From Hyaloraphidium curvatum SAG 235-1 (taxonomy: Eukaryota; Fungi; Monoblepharomycota), in contig JAIVFI010000001.1 of the NCBI GenBank assembly GCA_025558095.1, forward strand, positions 1,178,001-1,242,000: DNA of 64,000 nucleotides. The letters run 5' to 3'. The notes below the pieces were generated by a model. The model did no database searches. It saw nothing but the letters and a program-made list of their open reading frames with translations, and had not been told where the DNA came from. How positions within the stretch are numbered: position 1 is the first letter of the stretch; the number at the start of each line of letters is the position of its first letter. A program made the translations under genes and the position numbers. Shown in pieces: positions 1 through 10,601 of the stretch.

Positions 1-662
1 CGAGGTTCATGTTGGGATCGTATAGCTGCTGGAACTGCTGGAAGACCGAGACGAGGTCGACGCCGGTGGGGAGGACGACTGGGCGGGCCGTGAGGCGGGA
101 TTGGAGGGGCAGAAGGCAAGAGCCCACGGCAAAAGTTCCGGAACTCTTCGAAGCTGATGTCGCCGCTCCCGTCCCTGTCGACCGTCGCGACGAACTTGGC
201 CAGGTCGTTCTCGGCCAGCTTAATGCCCACCCGGCCCATGGCCGCCACGAGCTCGGCCTTGTCCACCTGGCCATCTTTCGACGTGTCCACGCTGTCGAAA
301 AGCGCCCGAAGCCTCGCTTCCTTCCCGAAAATGAAATCCCGGAACTCATCGCGCGTCACTCTGCCGTCCTTCTTCCCGGACTCGGCGAGGTCGATCAACT
401 CGGCGGCTGCCCCGACGCGTTGAGGCCCAGGGACCCCGACATCGACGTGAAAGCACCCACCGTACTTTGACGCGGCCTCGTCGCTGATCTCCGCCGGGCC
501 CCCGATCGCCCGCGACAGCGCCCTCAGGCGGGGTGCGAGCTCCCGCACCGAGATCGCGCCGTCTTTGTCCTCGTCCAGGAACTGGAACAGGCGGTCGGCC
601 CGCGCCGACTGTTCCTCGGAGAGGTCGAGGTGCGGGGGCGGTTCCGTCGCCGAGGCCGCCAT
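1..662 (-). CDS. EF-hand protein, probably the N-terminus of a Ca2+-binding mitochondrial carrier (SAL1/SCaMC-like); runs off the window
   Basis: Manual minus-strand translation from ATG 662: MAASATEPPPHLDLSEEQSARADRLFQFLDEDKDGAISVRELA..., intron, then DLAESGKKDGRVTRDEF, LFDSVDTSKDGQVDKAEL, VDRDGSGDISFEEFRNF, i.e. four EF-hand-like loops. Not in the ORF track. The carrier domain is not visible in the window. Confidence 0.65.
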   Translation of the reverse strand, partial: MAASATEPPPHLDLSEEQSARADRLFQFLDEDKDGAISVRELAPRLRALSRAIGGPAEISDEAASKYGGCFHVDVGVPGPQRVGAAAELIDLAESGKKDGRVTRDEFRDFIFGKEARLRALFDSVDTSKDGQVDKAELVAAMGRVGIKLAENDLAKFVATVDRDGSGDISFEEFRNFCRGLLPSAPPIPPHGPPSRPPHRRRPRLGLPAVPAAIRSQHEP

Positions 663-1321
663 TCCGGCACGCGCGGCACGCGGGGCCCGCAGGGCGCGGC
701 GTGCCGGGGTGTTCGACGAGAGCTAGGCAGTGCTTTGGAAAGGGAGACGGCCCAGGGTCCACCTCCCTGGATCCACGCGGATCCACCAGCCCAGCATCTC
801 GCATCGGTCCATAAGGCGATGCGAGGCTGATGTAGGGCAATCGCACATATTCAGAGAAGATCGCTAGCAACGAGCGAGTGGATTGGGCACTTTGCACCAT
901 GCGCCATCGGGACGAATGACCCCAGCAGCCTCAGCTACCTTGGAATGCACCAAGGAGGCCCTATGTGACACCGTGCTGATTGAGATCATGATAGGCAATC
1001 CGAGTGCAGGATAGAATTGACCCATTTGTGTTTGACGGGTTGGGCGCACTCGCGAGACTATCGATAGTCACATCGCGAAAACTCGAGTGACTTTGGCGCC
1101 ACGCCAAACTCCCCGGGGGCACCGCCGCGGGCCGGGAACACGCTTTCCTCGCTCCTCGTCCTTCTTTCTCCGCAGCGGGCCGCGGCACGCGCGTGCTGCG
1201 ACTGCGGGCTGCGCGGCAACTCGCGTTTCGCGGTCCCGCGTCTCCGCGCTTCGCTGTCACCAGAGGCCGGAAAGCGCCTTCCGGGGACGCGTTTTTCGTG
1301 CGCGCGCGAGGCGTCTGCCGC

Positions 1322-3113
1322 ATGCCGAAGCTCGCCGCGTTCGTCATCGCACTCGCCGCCGCTGCTCGCCTGAAGAGCAGGAGGGCCCGCGGTCCCAGCG
1401 ACGCGACTCAGAAGATGGCCACGGGAATCAGCGTGGCGCACGCCTCGGGCGGCCCCGGCACCGCGCCGCGCCCGAAGGAGGACCGCGTAGTGCGCATCGA
1501 CGACTTGGAGGCGCACGTGCGCAAGTCGTACTCGCCCGCACTGTCGGAGCCGCCGCCGCCGAGGCCGCCGAGCCAGTTCCCGCCGGGCCCGCTGCGCCTG
1601 TACGCCGTGTTCGACGGGCACTGCGGCTCGCTGGCCGCAACCTTCTGCCAGGCGCGGCTGCCGTACGAGCTGTGCGCCACGGCCGAGTTTGCCCGCGGAG
1701 ACTTCCCGGCCGCTCTCACCCGCACCTTTGCCAATCTCCATGCTGCTCTGCTCGCCGCGCCGGGCTACTCGCCGGAAGCCCCGCTCAACGACTTTTCTTC
1801 GGGCTGCACCGCGAGGTTCGTAGCTCGAATCGCCGCCAAGGCCGGTCGCTGACTCGTTTCGTCCCAGCGTCGCGCTCGTGACCCCCACCGACGCTCACTT
1901 TGCCGCCGTCGGCGACTCCCCGATCCTCGTCTGGCGCCGCTCCGACCCCGCGCCGGACATTCTCCTGCCCGAGATGGACATCGAGAACGCGGACCTGCAC
2001 GAGCACGTGCTCTCTTCCAACATTTTCCTGGTCGCCGCCGTTGATGCCGATTTCGAGGGCACCCACTTCCTCGTCTCAGGATCGCACAGGAAGGCGGTCC
2101 TCGAGGCCGGCAGGCGCAGGGCCGAGGCCGAGGGCGGGGCAGCCGGAAAGTTCGGCACGGGGGACGACGACAACGAGGACGAGGTCACGGGGGACGCCGG
2201 GGAGGACAGGGGCAAGGCCAGGGCGACGGCGGCGAATGAGGGCGACGGGGAGGGAGAGCCCGAGCTGCCGCCGCCGCTGGCGCCCCCGGGGCTGGTCGAA
2301 GACCCGAGCTCGCAGCCTGGAGCGGCCGCTGGCGCGGACGCAGGACCCTCGGCCGCCGCGGACCCGGAAGCCGACGTGCTCGCCCGCCCGTTCGACGACG
2401 TCCGCCTCGGCCTGTCGGCGCTCAATGTCTGGGGCTCGATCGGCGACTCGATCTACGACCCCGATGTCTTCAACCCGCTCGTGAACCTGATCCTCGAGTA
2501 CCGCCGCCTCCGCTCCGAAGCCTGGCACGCCGCGCGCGCCGAGCAGGCCCCGGCCGACACGCGCAAGCGCAAGCGCGCCTTTTCGGCCGCCCCCGGTGCC
2601 CCGCACGCCTTCGACTTCGACACCGACCCGCGCCTCCTCCCCTCCCGCGACCCCCTCGACGACCCCGCCGGCACCCCCTACACGGACTTCCGGCGCTTCG
2701 CCATGGCCCGCCCGGAATGGAAGCGCCTGCGGCACCACGTCTCCCTCCTCCCCAAGGAGTCCTCCATGTCGCGCGTGCTCCTCGCCCTCCTGCGGCACCC
2801 GAACCCCCCGCTCCTCTCGCACCCCGCGCTCGTCCGCGAGCCGTTCACGGCCAGCGTCCCGCTCGCGGACCTGCGCGTGTTCCTGGTCTGCAGCGACGGC
2901 GTGGTCAGGTCGTACCGCCACCGCAAGGCGGCGTTCGACGCGGCGATCGAGAAGGACATGGACGATCCCAGGGCGCTGTGCATGGCGATGATGGGGGGGA
3001 TGAGGTGGTTGGGAGACGACAGGAGCTGCATCGTGGTGCGGATGGCAGACGGGGAGAGCGAGGGTGGGGCGACGGAGGCGGATGCGGCGGGCAAGGGCAA
3101 GAAGAAGGGATGA
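1322..3113 (+). CDS. PP2C-family protein phosphatase (divergent, with insertions); 2 exons
   Basis: Motifs KEDR, AVFDGHCG, SGCTA, AVGDS, GSIGD, VCSDGV, DDRSCIVV. An intron at ~1816-1868 (GTTCGT...CCCAG) joins ORFs 1193..1852 and 1878..3113. Confidence 0.85.
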
Positions 3114-3181
3114 AGCAGGGCTTTCGGGCTGGTTTGGTCTTCCTTTGTCGCGCTTTTCGTTCGATACCAAGTTCATGGCGA

Positions 3182-6100
3182 TCACTCTACGTCCCTAATC
3201 CTCCTCTTTTTCGCCTTCGTCGTCGTCGTCCGCCGGGTCGACGAGGTTCGCGTGGTGCTCGACCTCGTGATAGTCTGCGACCGCGAGGTCGTTGCGGTTC
3301 TCGACTTCGTGGCTGTCGCAGTGCGGCTGGCTGAGCTGGTGGTCCACAGCGTCGTCGACGTGCGCGTGGAGGTCGGCACCGCGGCCGGCGGCACCGGCAC
3401 CCCGGGCTGGGCGGCGCAGCGCGCGGATGCGCACGTGGTGGCGTTGACCGTGACGTAGTAGTTGGTGTACGAATCCCACACGTTCCGCTTGATGTCGGCA
3501 TAGTCCCCGGCGGGCAGGGCGAGCCCGTTGCGCTGGAACATTCCCACGGGCTTGATGTCGGTCCAGGGGGCGTCGGTTCCCGCGGAACCGAGGGAGCCCG
3601 AGTTGCTCCGGAAGACGATGCGCACGTAAAGAACAGAGCCGTCGAAGTGGTAGACGTCGCCGAAGCCCGCGCGGACCTCGTCCGGGGATGCGACGGCGCG
3701 GAAGGGGTGCACGCAGATGCTCCACCGGGGATCGCAGTAGTTGACATAGGCGGCGATCGAGAACTGCGTGCCGGCGGGGTACGGGAAGGCCAGGACCAGG
3801 TTCGTGTCGGCAGCAAGAACCAAGCCCGCGACGGAGAAGGACGACGGGGTGCCGCCGGCGAAGCGCACGAACCAGCCACCCGTCCCAGCGATCAGCGGGC
3901 CCGTGACCTTGGAGTTGACGCCCACGGCGAGCCCCGTGGCCTCGGTGCGACCAAAGTGGGCCGCCGTCGCGGCCACGGGGCACGGCTTGGTCCCGTCCCA
4001 GTTGCCGTTCATGCAAAGCGACGTGCCGATGGTCGACTGCAGCGGCTGGTCGTACAAGAGGGTGACCGAGGCCGAGGCGTCGCCGGGGCGCTGCGGGCAC
4101 GCGATCACGGCGTCCTTCGGCAGGCCCACGCCGGCGGTCGACACGTTGACGCAGTCGTCGCGGTATTTCCACCATTCGCTGGCCCAGTTGGAGCCCAGCA
4201 TCACCGGCGTGCCGCGCAGGGAGGGCAGGTACGGCGCGTACACGGAACCGTCGGCGTCGAACCAGCTCGCCAGGAGGCCAGAGACGGTGTTGCCCATGGC
4301 GTCGGTCAGCTCGGTGGAGAACTTGACGAGGCGGGGCACGAGCACGTTGTCGTAGGTGATGTTGCGCGTCGCCTGCATCACCTCGGGCACGAACTGGTCC
4401 GAGTGCGTCAGGATCGTCCAGATCGAGTTGTCGGAGCACGAGTTGTACTGGCTGGCGTACACGCACGGGCCGTTCCAGTCCGAGCGGCAGTTGCGGAAAG
4501 TAATGTCGGTGATGATGTGGCGTTGGCCCGTGTCGTACCTGCGAGGCGCGACCTGGTCAGGACGACGGATGTATAGAATGGAACGCCGAAGACTCACCAC
4601 TGCCAGCCGTGGAACTCCCTGAAGAAAACCCAATCACGAGCCGCGCCCCCAGGCGATGTTGGGGCTCGGCGAACCCGCGCGGGGGCACCCCGCGAACCAG
4701 GTCGGCTTGTTGGCCGTGCGGCAGGTGTGCAACACGCCCGTCGCGGACACGGATCCGAAAACGTTGGCGGCCAAGTTAATGTCGTGCAGCTCCATCCTGA
4801 TAATGTCGGAGCGGTCGCCCCAGTTCTGCATGCCGCGGTTGGCAAGGAACACCTTGACGTCCTCTAGCTTGAGCCAGAGCTGCTTCGACCTGTCGCACCA
4901 CGTGTTCCCGGGCACCCCCACGGCGGGATCGGAGCACGTCACATGCGAGTCGGAGCGTCCGGGGGTGTAGGTCAGCGGCGACGCGCCCCAGGTGCCCTTG
5001 TACGTGAGCTGACCGCCGACGTAGACCCCCCCCGCGCTGTTGAACCAGAACCCGGTGCTGTGCGCCGAGTTGCCCCGGAACAGGAGGAACGGCCGGCCCT
5101 GCGGGCTCAGGCCGGTCACGTTGGCGTGCAGCTTGACGGGGCGGGAGAGGGTGGGGAAGGAGAAGCCGGTCCAGCCGCCCGAGGCGGCGTTGCCGAGGAA
5201 CGAGTTGTAAGGGTTGGTGCCGTAGAAAACGCCGGCGGAGATGTCGCTCGGGAGGATGAGGTTGGTGGTGTTCTCGTCGACCCAGGGGGTGTACTGGTCG
5301 TAGAAGACGCCGAGGAACGGGGTGACCGAGGGTCCGATCGAGTGCACGTGCGCGCCAAAGTTCCAGTGGAATTCGTTGTTTTCTGAGGTCGGGGAAGTCA
5401 GGTCGGTGGCACGGAATAAAAGGCGCTGTTTCGGGCACCCACCTTCCACGCCGTCCTCAATGAAGTAGCAGTGCCCGGTGGCGTCGTAGGCCGTGTTCTC
5501 GTGCACCCGGGCAAAGTGCGTGCCGTGCACGGCGAAGCACCGGAAGAAGGACCTGTGTACCGAGCAATCGCTGGCCGTGGCGCCGATCGACTTGTTCTGC
5601 TGCGAGCCCATCATGTGGAAATGCAGCGGGTACCGCCCCAGGACGTTCGTTTGTCCCATGCGGTAAAGCTCGACCCCGGAGACGTTGGCCGACGCGGCGG
5701 TGCCCGTCACCAAGACGTGGCCGCCGAAGCCCGTCGGGAACTTGTCCTCGCAGGGGTAGCTGGAGCCGTAGCTGTCCGTGCAGGCGAGTGGGGTGGTGTC
5801 GGTCGGCTCAGAGGTAGCCTCGTTGCCCTGGATGAGGACGTCGCGCGACAGGAGGGCGACCTCGGCCTGGTACTCGGGTCTGTCGGCGGCGCAGAGTCAC
5901 GGGGCGCAGCGCACACGGGGCAGCCGGTGAATGCCAGTCAGAGATGGAAGCGCGCACGGGCGGACTGTCGAACCCACCCTCCATAGTGCGTGAAGTTCAG
6001 AGGCTCGGTCAGGCGCAGGGCGCCTACGTTGGGCCCCAACGTGGTCGTGAAAACCCCAGAAATGGTCCGCACCTCGTTGCGGTGGAAGTCACGGGCGTCC

Positions 6101-6867
6101 TTGAGGTCCGTGGTGGTGAGCACGACCTCCTGGCCGGGCTGCCAGTTGGGCAGGTCCTGAACAAAGATGACCGAATCGCCGGCGCGGGCGGTGGCCGCCA
6201 GCCGGGTCCACGTGGGCGCGTACTGAGTGCCGTGCAGCGAGATCGTGCCGTTCTCGACGTAGATGCCCTTGGTCCAGGGGTCGGGCGCGGGGTTGGTGGG
6301 CTGGTCGCCGCGGGCGCCGTGCAGGGTGATCGAGACGCGGCTGCGGAGGCGGCAGGATGGGCCACCTGCACGCAGGGCGCCGTAGGCCTTTATGCCGGTG
6401 GTGCGGAGCGCGATGGCGGCGTCGCCAAAGATGAGCTCGCTGGTGGCGGGGATCGTGATGGTTCCAAAGACAGTGTCCGAGCCGTTGACGGCGGTGGAGG
6501 AGATGCTGCACGACGACAATAGGATCTTCGAGTTTGCCGGCAGCGTGACGGCGCCCTGCGTGGGCACGACGCCACCCCACGTCGCCGGGCTGTGCCAGTC
6601 CAGCAGTCCCGACTGGAGGTGCGGGCAGCCCGCGGCGTCGAATTGGGGCGGCCCGCGCAGCGGCGGACGCGGCAGCACGACGGCCTCGCTGTTGTGCGAA
6701 TGCGTGATCGGTCGCGCGGCGGTGCCGACGTCCGACGGCACGTCGGAGGGCGGGATGGCTGTGGCGGGGAACGGCGCGCCGCCCGCCGTCGTCGGGAACG
6801 CGTCGCGCGCGCATTGCGCCGCCGCGAACGGCAGCGCGACCAGCAGCGCGGCCACCGCGCGCAGCAT
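3182..6867 (-). CDS. Secreted G8-domain / beta-helix protein (TMEM2/CEMIP/PKHD1-like, Dictyostelium-type) with Ser/Thr-rich tail; apparent frameshift at ~4646-4650
   Basis: Signal peptide MLRAVAALLVALPFAAAQC; G8-like DWHSPATWGG...GALRAGG...; EYQAEVALLSR, FGGHVLV, GVELYRMGQ..LGRYPLHFH, CFAVHGTH, GHCYFIEDGVE, GWQWYDTGQRH. Introns ~5880-5977, ~5384-5440 and 4539-4597. Confidence 0.8.
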
Positions 6868-7179
6868 CGTGCCTGTTTGCAGATGCGGGTGCTGTCGGGG
6901 GTTTCACTCGGCGGGTCCTTGTTTTATGCCTCGGGACACCGCCCTGCGGCACCGACGTCATTTTTGGGGATCCACACTTTCACCCGCATCGAACGATTGA
7001 TTGGACCGCCCATGCATCACGTCCCACATGAACAGTCTCTGTATACAACGAATGAAGCTCTCGATCGTCATCCGCGTGCCTTATACTCCGACGCGCTCGC
7101 ACCGACCCCGCGCGAAAGGGGACTACGCTCCCGCACCGATCCCGCCTCGTCCCGCATGCCCAATTACCCGCACCGGCGA

Positions 7180-8410
7180 CTACGGCCTCGCCGCCATCCA
7201 CGGCAGCGCGTCCAGGTCCACATTGCCACCGCACAGCACAACACCAATGTTGCGGAGGCCCTCGGCGCGGCCAAAGTCTTTGTTGTAGAGCGCGACGGCG
7301 ACGCCGACGGCGGCAGAGGGCTCGATGACCAGTTTGGCCTGTGGGTTCAAAAGAGCGTTGCGATGTCGACGTGAGACGGGTCCCACGTCCACTCTGCGCC
7401 TGCGACTCACCCGCTCAAACACCATCCGCATGGCCTGCACGATCTCCTCCTCCGACACGGTCGCCACGTCCTCTACGCTCGACATGATGATCGGGAAGTT
7501 GGGCATCCCCACGTTGGTCCTCAGCCCGTCCGCGACCGTCTTGGGCCCCCCGACCTCCTCCAGCGTCCGCCGCTCGCCCGCGAGGAAGCCCCTCCTCCCG
7601 TCGTCCGCCCCAGCCGGCTCTGCCGCAAACATCCGCAGCTTCCCGTCCGTAGCCCCCTTGCCCGCCACGCAGCACCCCGCGAGCATCCCGCCCCCGCCCA
7701 GGGGCACCACCACCGCGTCCAGCTCCGCGCCCATCTCCTTCGCCTGCTCCAGCAGTTCCAGCATCAGCGTGCCCTGCCCCGCCATCACCCTCGGGTCCTC
7801 GTATGGGTGCACCAGCACCGCCCCCGTGCGCGCGCGGATCTCCTCTACCGCCGCCTCCCTCGCGCGCTGGTTCGGCTCGCAAAAGACCACCTCGGCGCCG
7901 TACCCCGCGATCGCGTCGACCTTGGCGGCTGGCGAGCCGCGGGGGACGACGACGGTGCAGGGGCAGCCGGCGGCGCGGGCGGCGAGGGCGAGGGCCTGGC
8001 CGTGGTTGCCGCTGCGGGGAACCGGGGCTCAGTATCGGCGATCTGCCTCCTGGGGCTGCAATTCACCTCGAATGGGTGATGAATCCCGCCTTTTTCGCCA
8101 CCTCGGCCGTCTCCGGGTCCTCCAGGCACGATAGTACCGCGTTCGCCGCCCCGCGGGCCTTGAACGCCCCGCCCTTCTGCATGTTCTCGCACTTGAAGAA
8201 CAGCCGCCTCTCCGTCCCGGCGTTCTGCGACGCGACGGCGTCCAGCGCGGCGCAGGTGGCCACGGGGGTGCGGTGAGCGCGGCCGCGGATGCGGTCGGCG
8301 GCGGCGCGGACGTCGGCGAGGGCGATGGCGGGGTCCGAGGGCGGCGGGACGCGGGGACGGGAGGCAGATGCGCTGCCCGACGCGTCGGACGCGTGATCCG
8401 TGGGAGACAT
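7180..8410 (-). CDS. PLP-dependent serine racemase / threonine dehydratase family (SRY1-like)
   Basis: RIRGRAHRTPV, FFKCENMQKGGAFKARGA (PLP lysine), HSSGNHGQA across an intron, VHPYEDPRVMAGQGT, VPLGGGG, TVADGL, KLVIEPSA, VVLCGGNVD. Introns ~8013-8066 and ~7340-7410. Confidence 0.92.
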
Positions 8411-8811
8411 CGCGAGGCGGGAGCGGGAGAAGGTTGCTTGTTTGGAGTCCGATCGGCGAGCTATGGGGTGGGAAGTGGTAGGCGCCAAGTGGAAATGCTC
8501 GCCGAATCTCTCGCTTCTGCTGATGCTCCGCTACATCGTCGCTAGGTTATCATGCGAGCAGCGGACGCACTATCGACTGCGCCGTATCGGATCCTTGTGA
8601 CGTGCCTCAAGTGCCGTGCCGGCTTGCCGATCAGGCCTCGCAGAGAGACGCGCCGCGCGCCATCGTATCTCCACGACAGGAGCCGACAAGTGTCACCGGC
8701 AACCCCTCTGGCGGAGTGCCACCGAGGTTCAGTGCCGAGCGCGACTGTAAGCCGGGTCTATTTGGTGGTCCCTGAGAACCTCGTCCACCATCTCGATCCG
8801 TCCCCGCGCTC

Positions 8812-9879
8812 CTACACCTTGATGTTCCGCACGCACTTCTCCGTCCCACACCAGACGACCTGCATCGCCTTTTCGTACTTCTTTACCAGCGACGACTTCC
8901 TCCCCGTGGTCTGCTCGGCATTGATGGCGTCCAGCAGCACGTTGATGATGGTATCCGGCTGCTCCCACGCCCAGTTAACGTTCCCGCGCTGGCCCGCCGG
9001 CCTGCGGTTCATGGCCGAGTACTCGCGGAGGATGCCGGTGCAGGGGACGTCGACGACCGCGGGCCCGAAGCTGACGGTGTCGTTGCCGAGCCCGGTGACG
9101 GTGTTGATCACTTCGACCCTGTACGGCAGCGCGGACTCGAAGCCGGATTCGAGGAGCTGCTTGACCTTGGCGAACTTGACGTTCATGAGCGGGTCGACCA
9201 TGCCGACGCAGATGAAGATGGGCTGCGTGTCCTTGTTGTACCCGGCGACGTACTGCCAGGCGTAGGAGTTCATCGTTCCGTACTCATGTAGGAACAGGAG
9301 CTTGGCGCCGGGCGTGTGGTAGGCGTCGACGAGCGCGGGCGGGTTGAGCCCGAGCTCGTTGATGACCCCGGTGCTGGGCCAGCCGGAGACCCCGGGAACG
9401 GGAGGGAAGGTGACGAACGAGCCGTCCTTGTTGGCCATGAGCCAGGAGACGTGCAGCGCGTCGTTCAGGCTGCCGTTGTGGTACCACTCGCAGGCGCTGC
9501 CGGAAAACCCGCTGCACGGGCGCAGGCCCCACAGGTTCGACCCCAGCCGGGCGGAGAAGTAGTCCCCCAGGTTCTCGGTGTAGGTGTCCGGGCCCCCGGC
9601 ATGGATAACGATCCAGTTCTTGGTGGCCTTCCTGGCCTTGCCGTCGTAGAGGAGGTAATCGCAGGTAATGTCCCGCCACGCGGCGCTGGAGGTGGCGACC
9701 TTGCCGCGGCACGCCCGGTCGCCCTTGAGCGGGTGTGCGCACTTGTCCGGCGGGCCGTCGTAACAGTCGTGCTCTTCGTAGGAATAGCCGGGAGGGCGCG
9801 TGGGTACGGCGAGGCCGGTCGCCTGGGCCTTGGCGACCAGCTGCAGACCGAGCAGGAGCACCGCAAGCAGGGCGAGCAT
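8812..9879 (-). CDS. Secreted hypothetical protein, 355 aa, intronless, Cys-rich N-terminus
   Basis: Signal peptide MLALLAVLLLGLQLVAKA and a clean ORF with GC3 codon bias. No family recognised. Confidence 0.75.
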   Translation of the reverse strand: MLALLAVLLLGLQLVAKAQATGLAVPTRPPGYSYEEHDCYDGPPDKCAHPLKGDRACRGKVATSSAAWRDITCDYLLYDGKARKATKNWIVIHAGGPDTYTENLGDYFSARLGSNLWGLRPCSGFSGSACEWYHNGSLNDALHVSWLMANKDGSFVTFPPVPGVSGWPSTGVINELGLNPPALVDAYHTPGAKLLFLHEYGTMNSYAWQYVAGYNKDTQPIFICVGMVDPLMNVKFAKVKQLLESGFESALPYRVEVINTVTGLGNDTVSFGPAVVDVPCTGILREYSAMNRRPAGQRGNVNWAWEQPDTIINVLLDAINAEQTTGRKSSLVKKYEKAMQVVWCGTEKCVRNIKV

Positions 9880-10601
9880 CGTGGTGGCGGGCCTCGGTGG
9901 GTCGCCTTACGCGGGTCGCTCCTTGTAAAACTAGTGCGTCGAGCACCCGGAGTGCTCGCGACCGTGCCTCTGGCGGGCGGGGAGCGGAGAATGTTGGGAC
10001 TCGGCAGGGGCTTAGGAACAAAAGCCCCGATTTCTCCGATTTCTCCTCCTGGATTCACTCTTGGCGGGCAGCCCAAACGCGGGAATGCTCATTTGGCATG
10101 CTGATAGCATGCACGTGGGGGGATCGATATCGCATCTGTTCCAGGGCTGCCCACCTGCTGGGAACGGCGCAGGCACTCTGTAGTACGGCAGCCAAGCCGC
10201 AGATCGCGTCCGCAACCGTTAGATCGAATACCAGAAAGGCAAAGCAGTCCTAGTTGAGCACTTTCCGATGTCTATCTCGGCCGCTGTATTCACATCCGGC
10301 TCGTTCCGTCTGGCTTGCTCCAGCGTCGTGTTCGGATTGCAGCCGCAATCGCCCGCACGCAAGCCCAGCAATTTGTATATCATCAGTAGCTCGTACGCCG
10401 ATGGGTCATGCCAATGATCATATGGGCAGCGTTGCGTGATGGGCTACGGGGCAGTCGGGCCAGTGCTGCCCTTCAGGCCGCCTTCAGGTCTGCGAGCCGT
10501 CCAACCGCGCAGCCCTCCCGCGTCCCCCTCCCCCTTCCCCTCCCGCGGATCCGCGCCCGCGCCTCGGTGCCCGGGCCCGCTGAGCCGGATTGCATTCCTC
10601 C

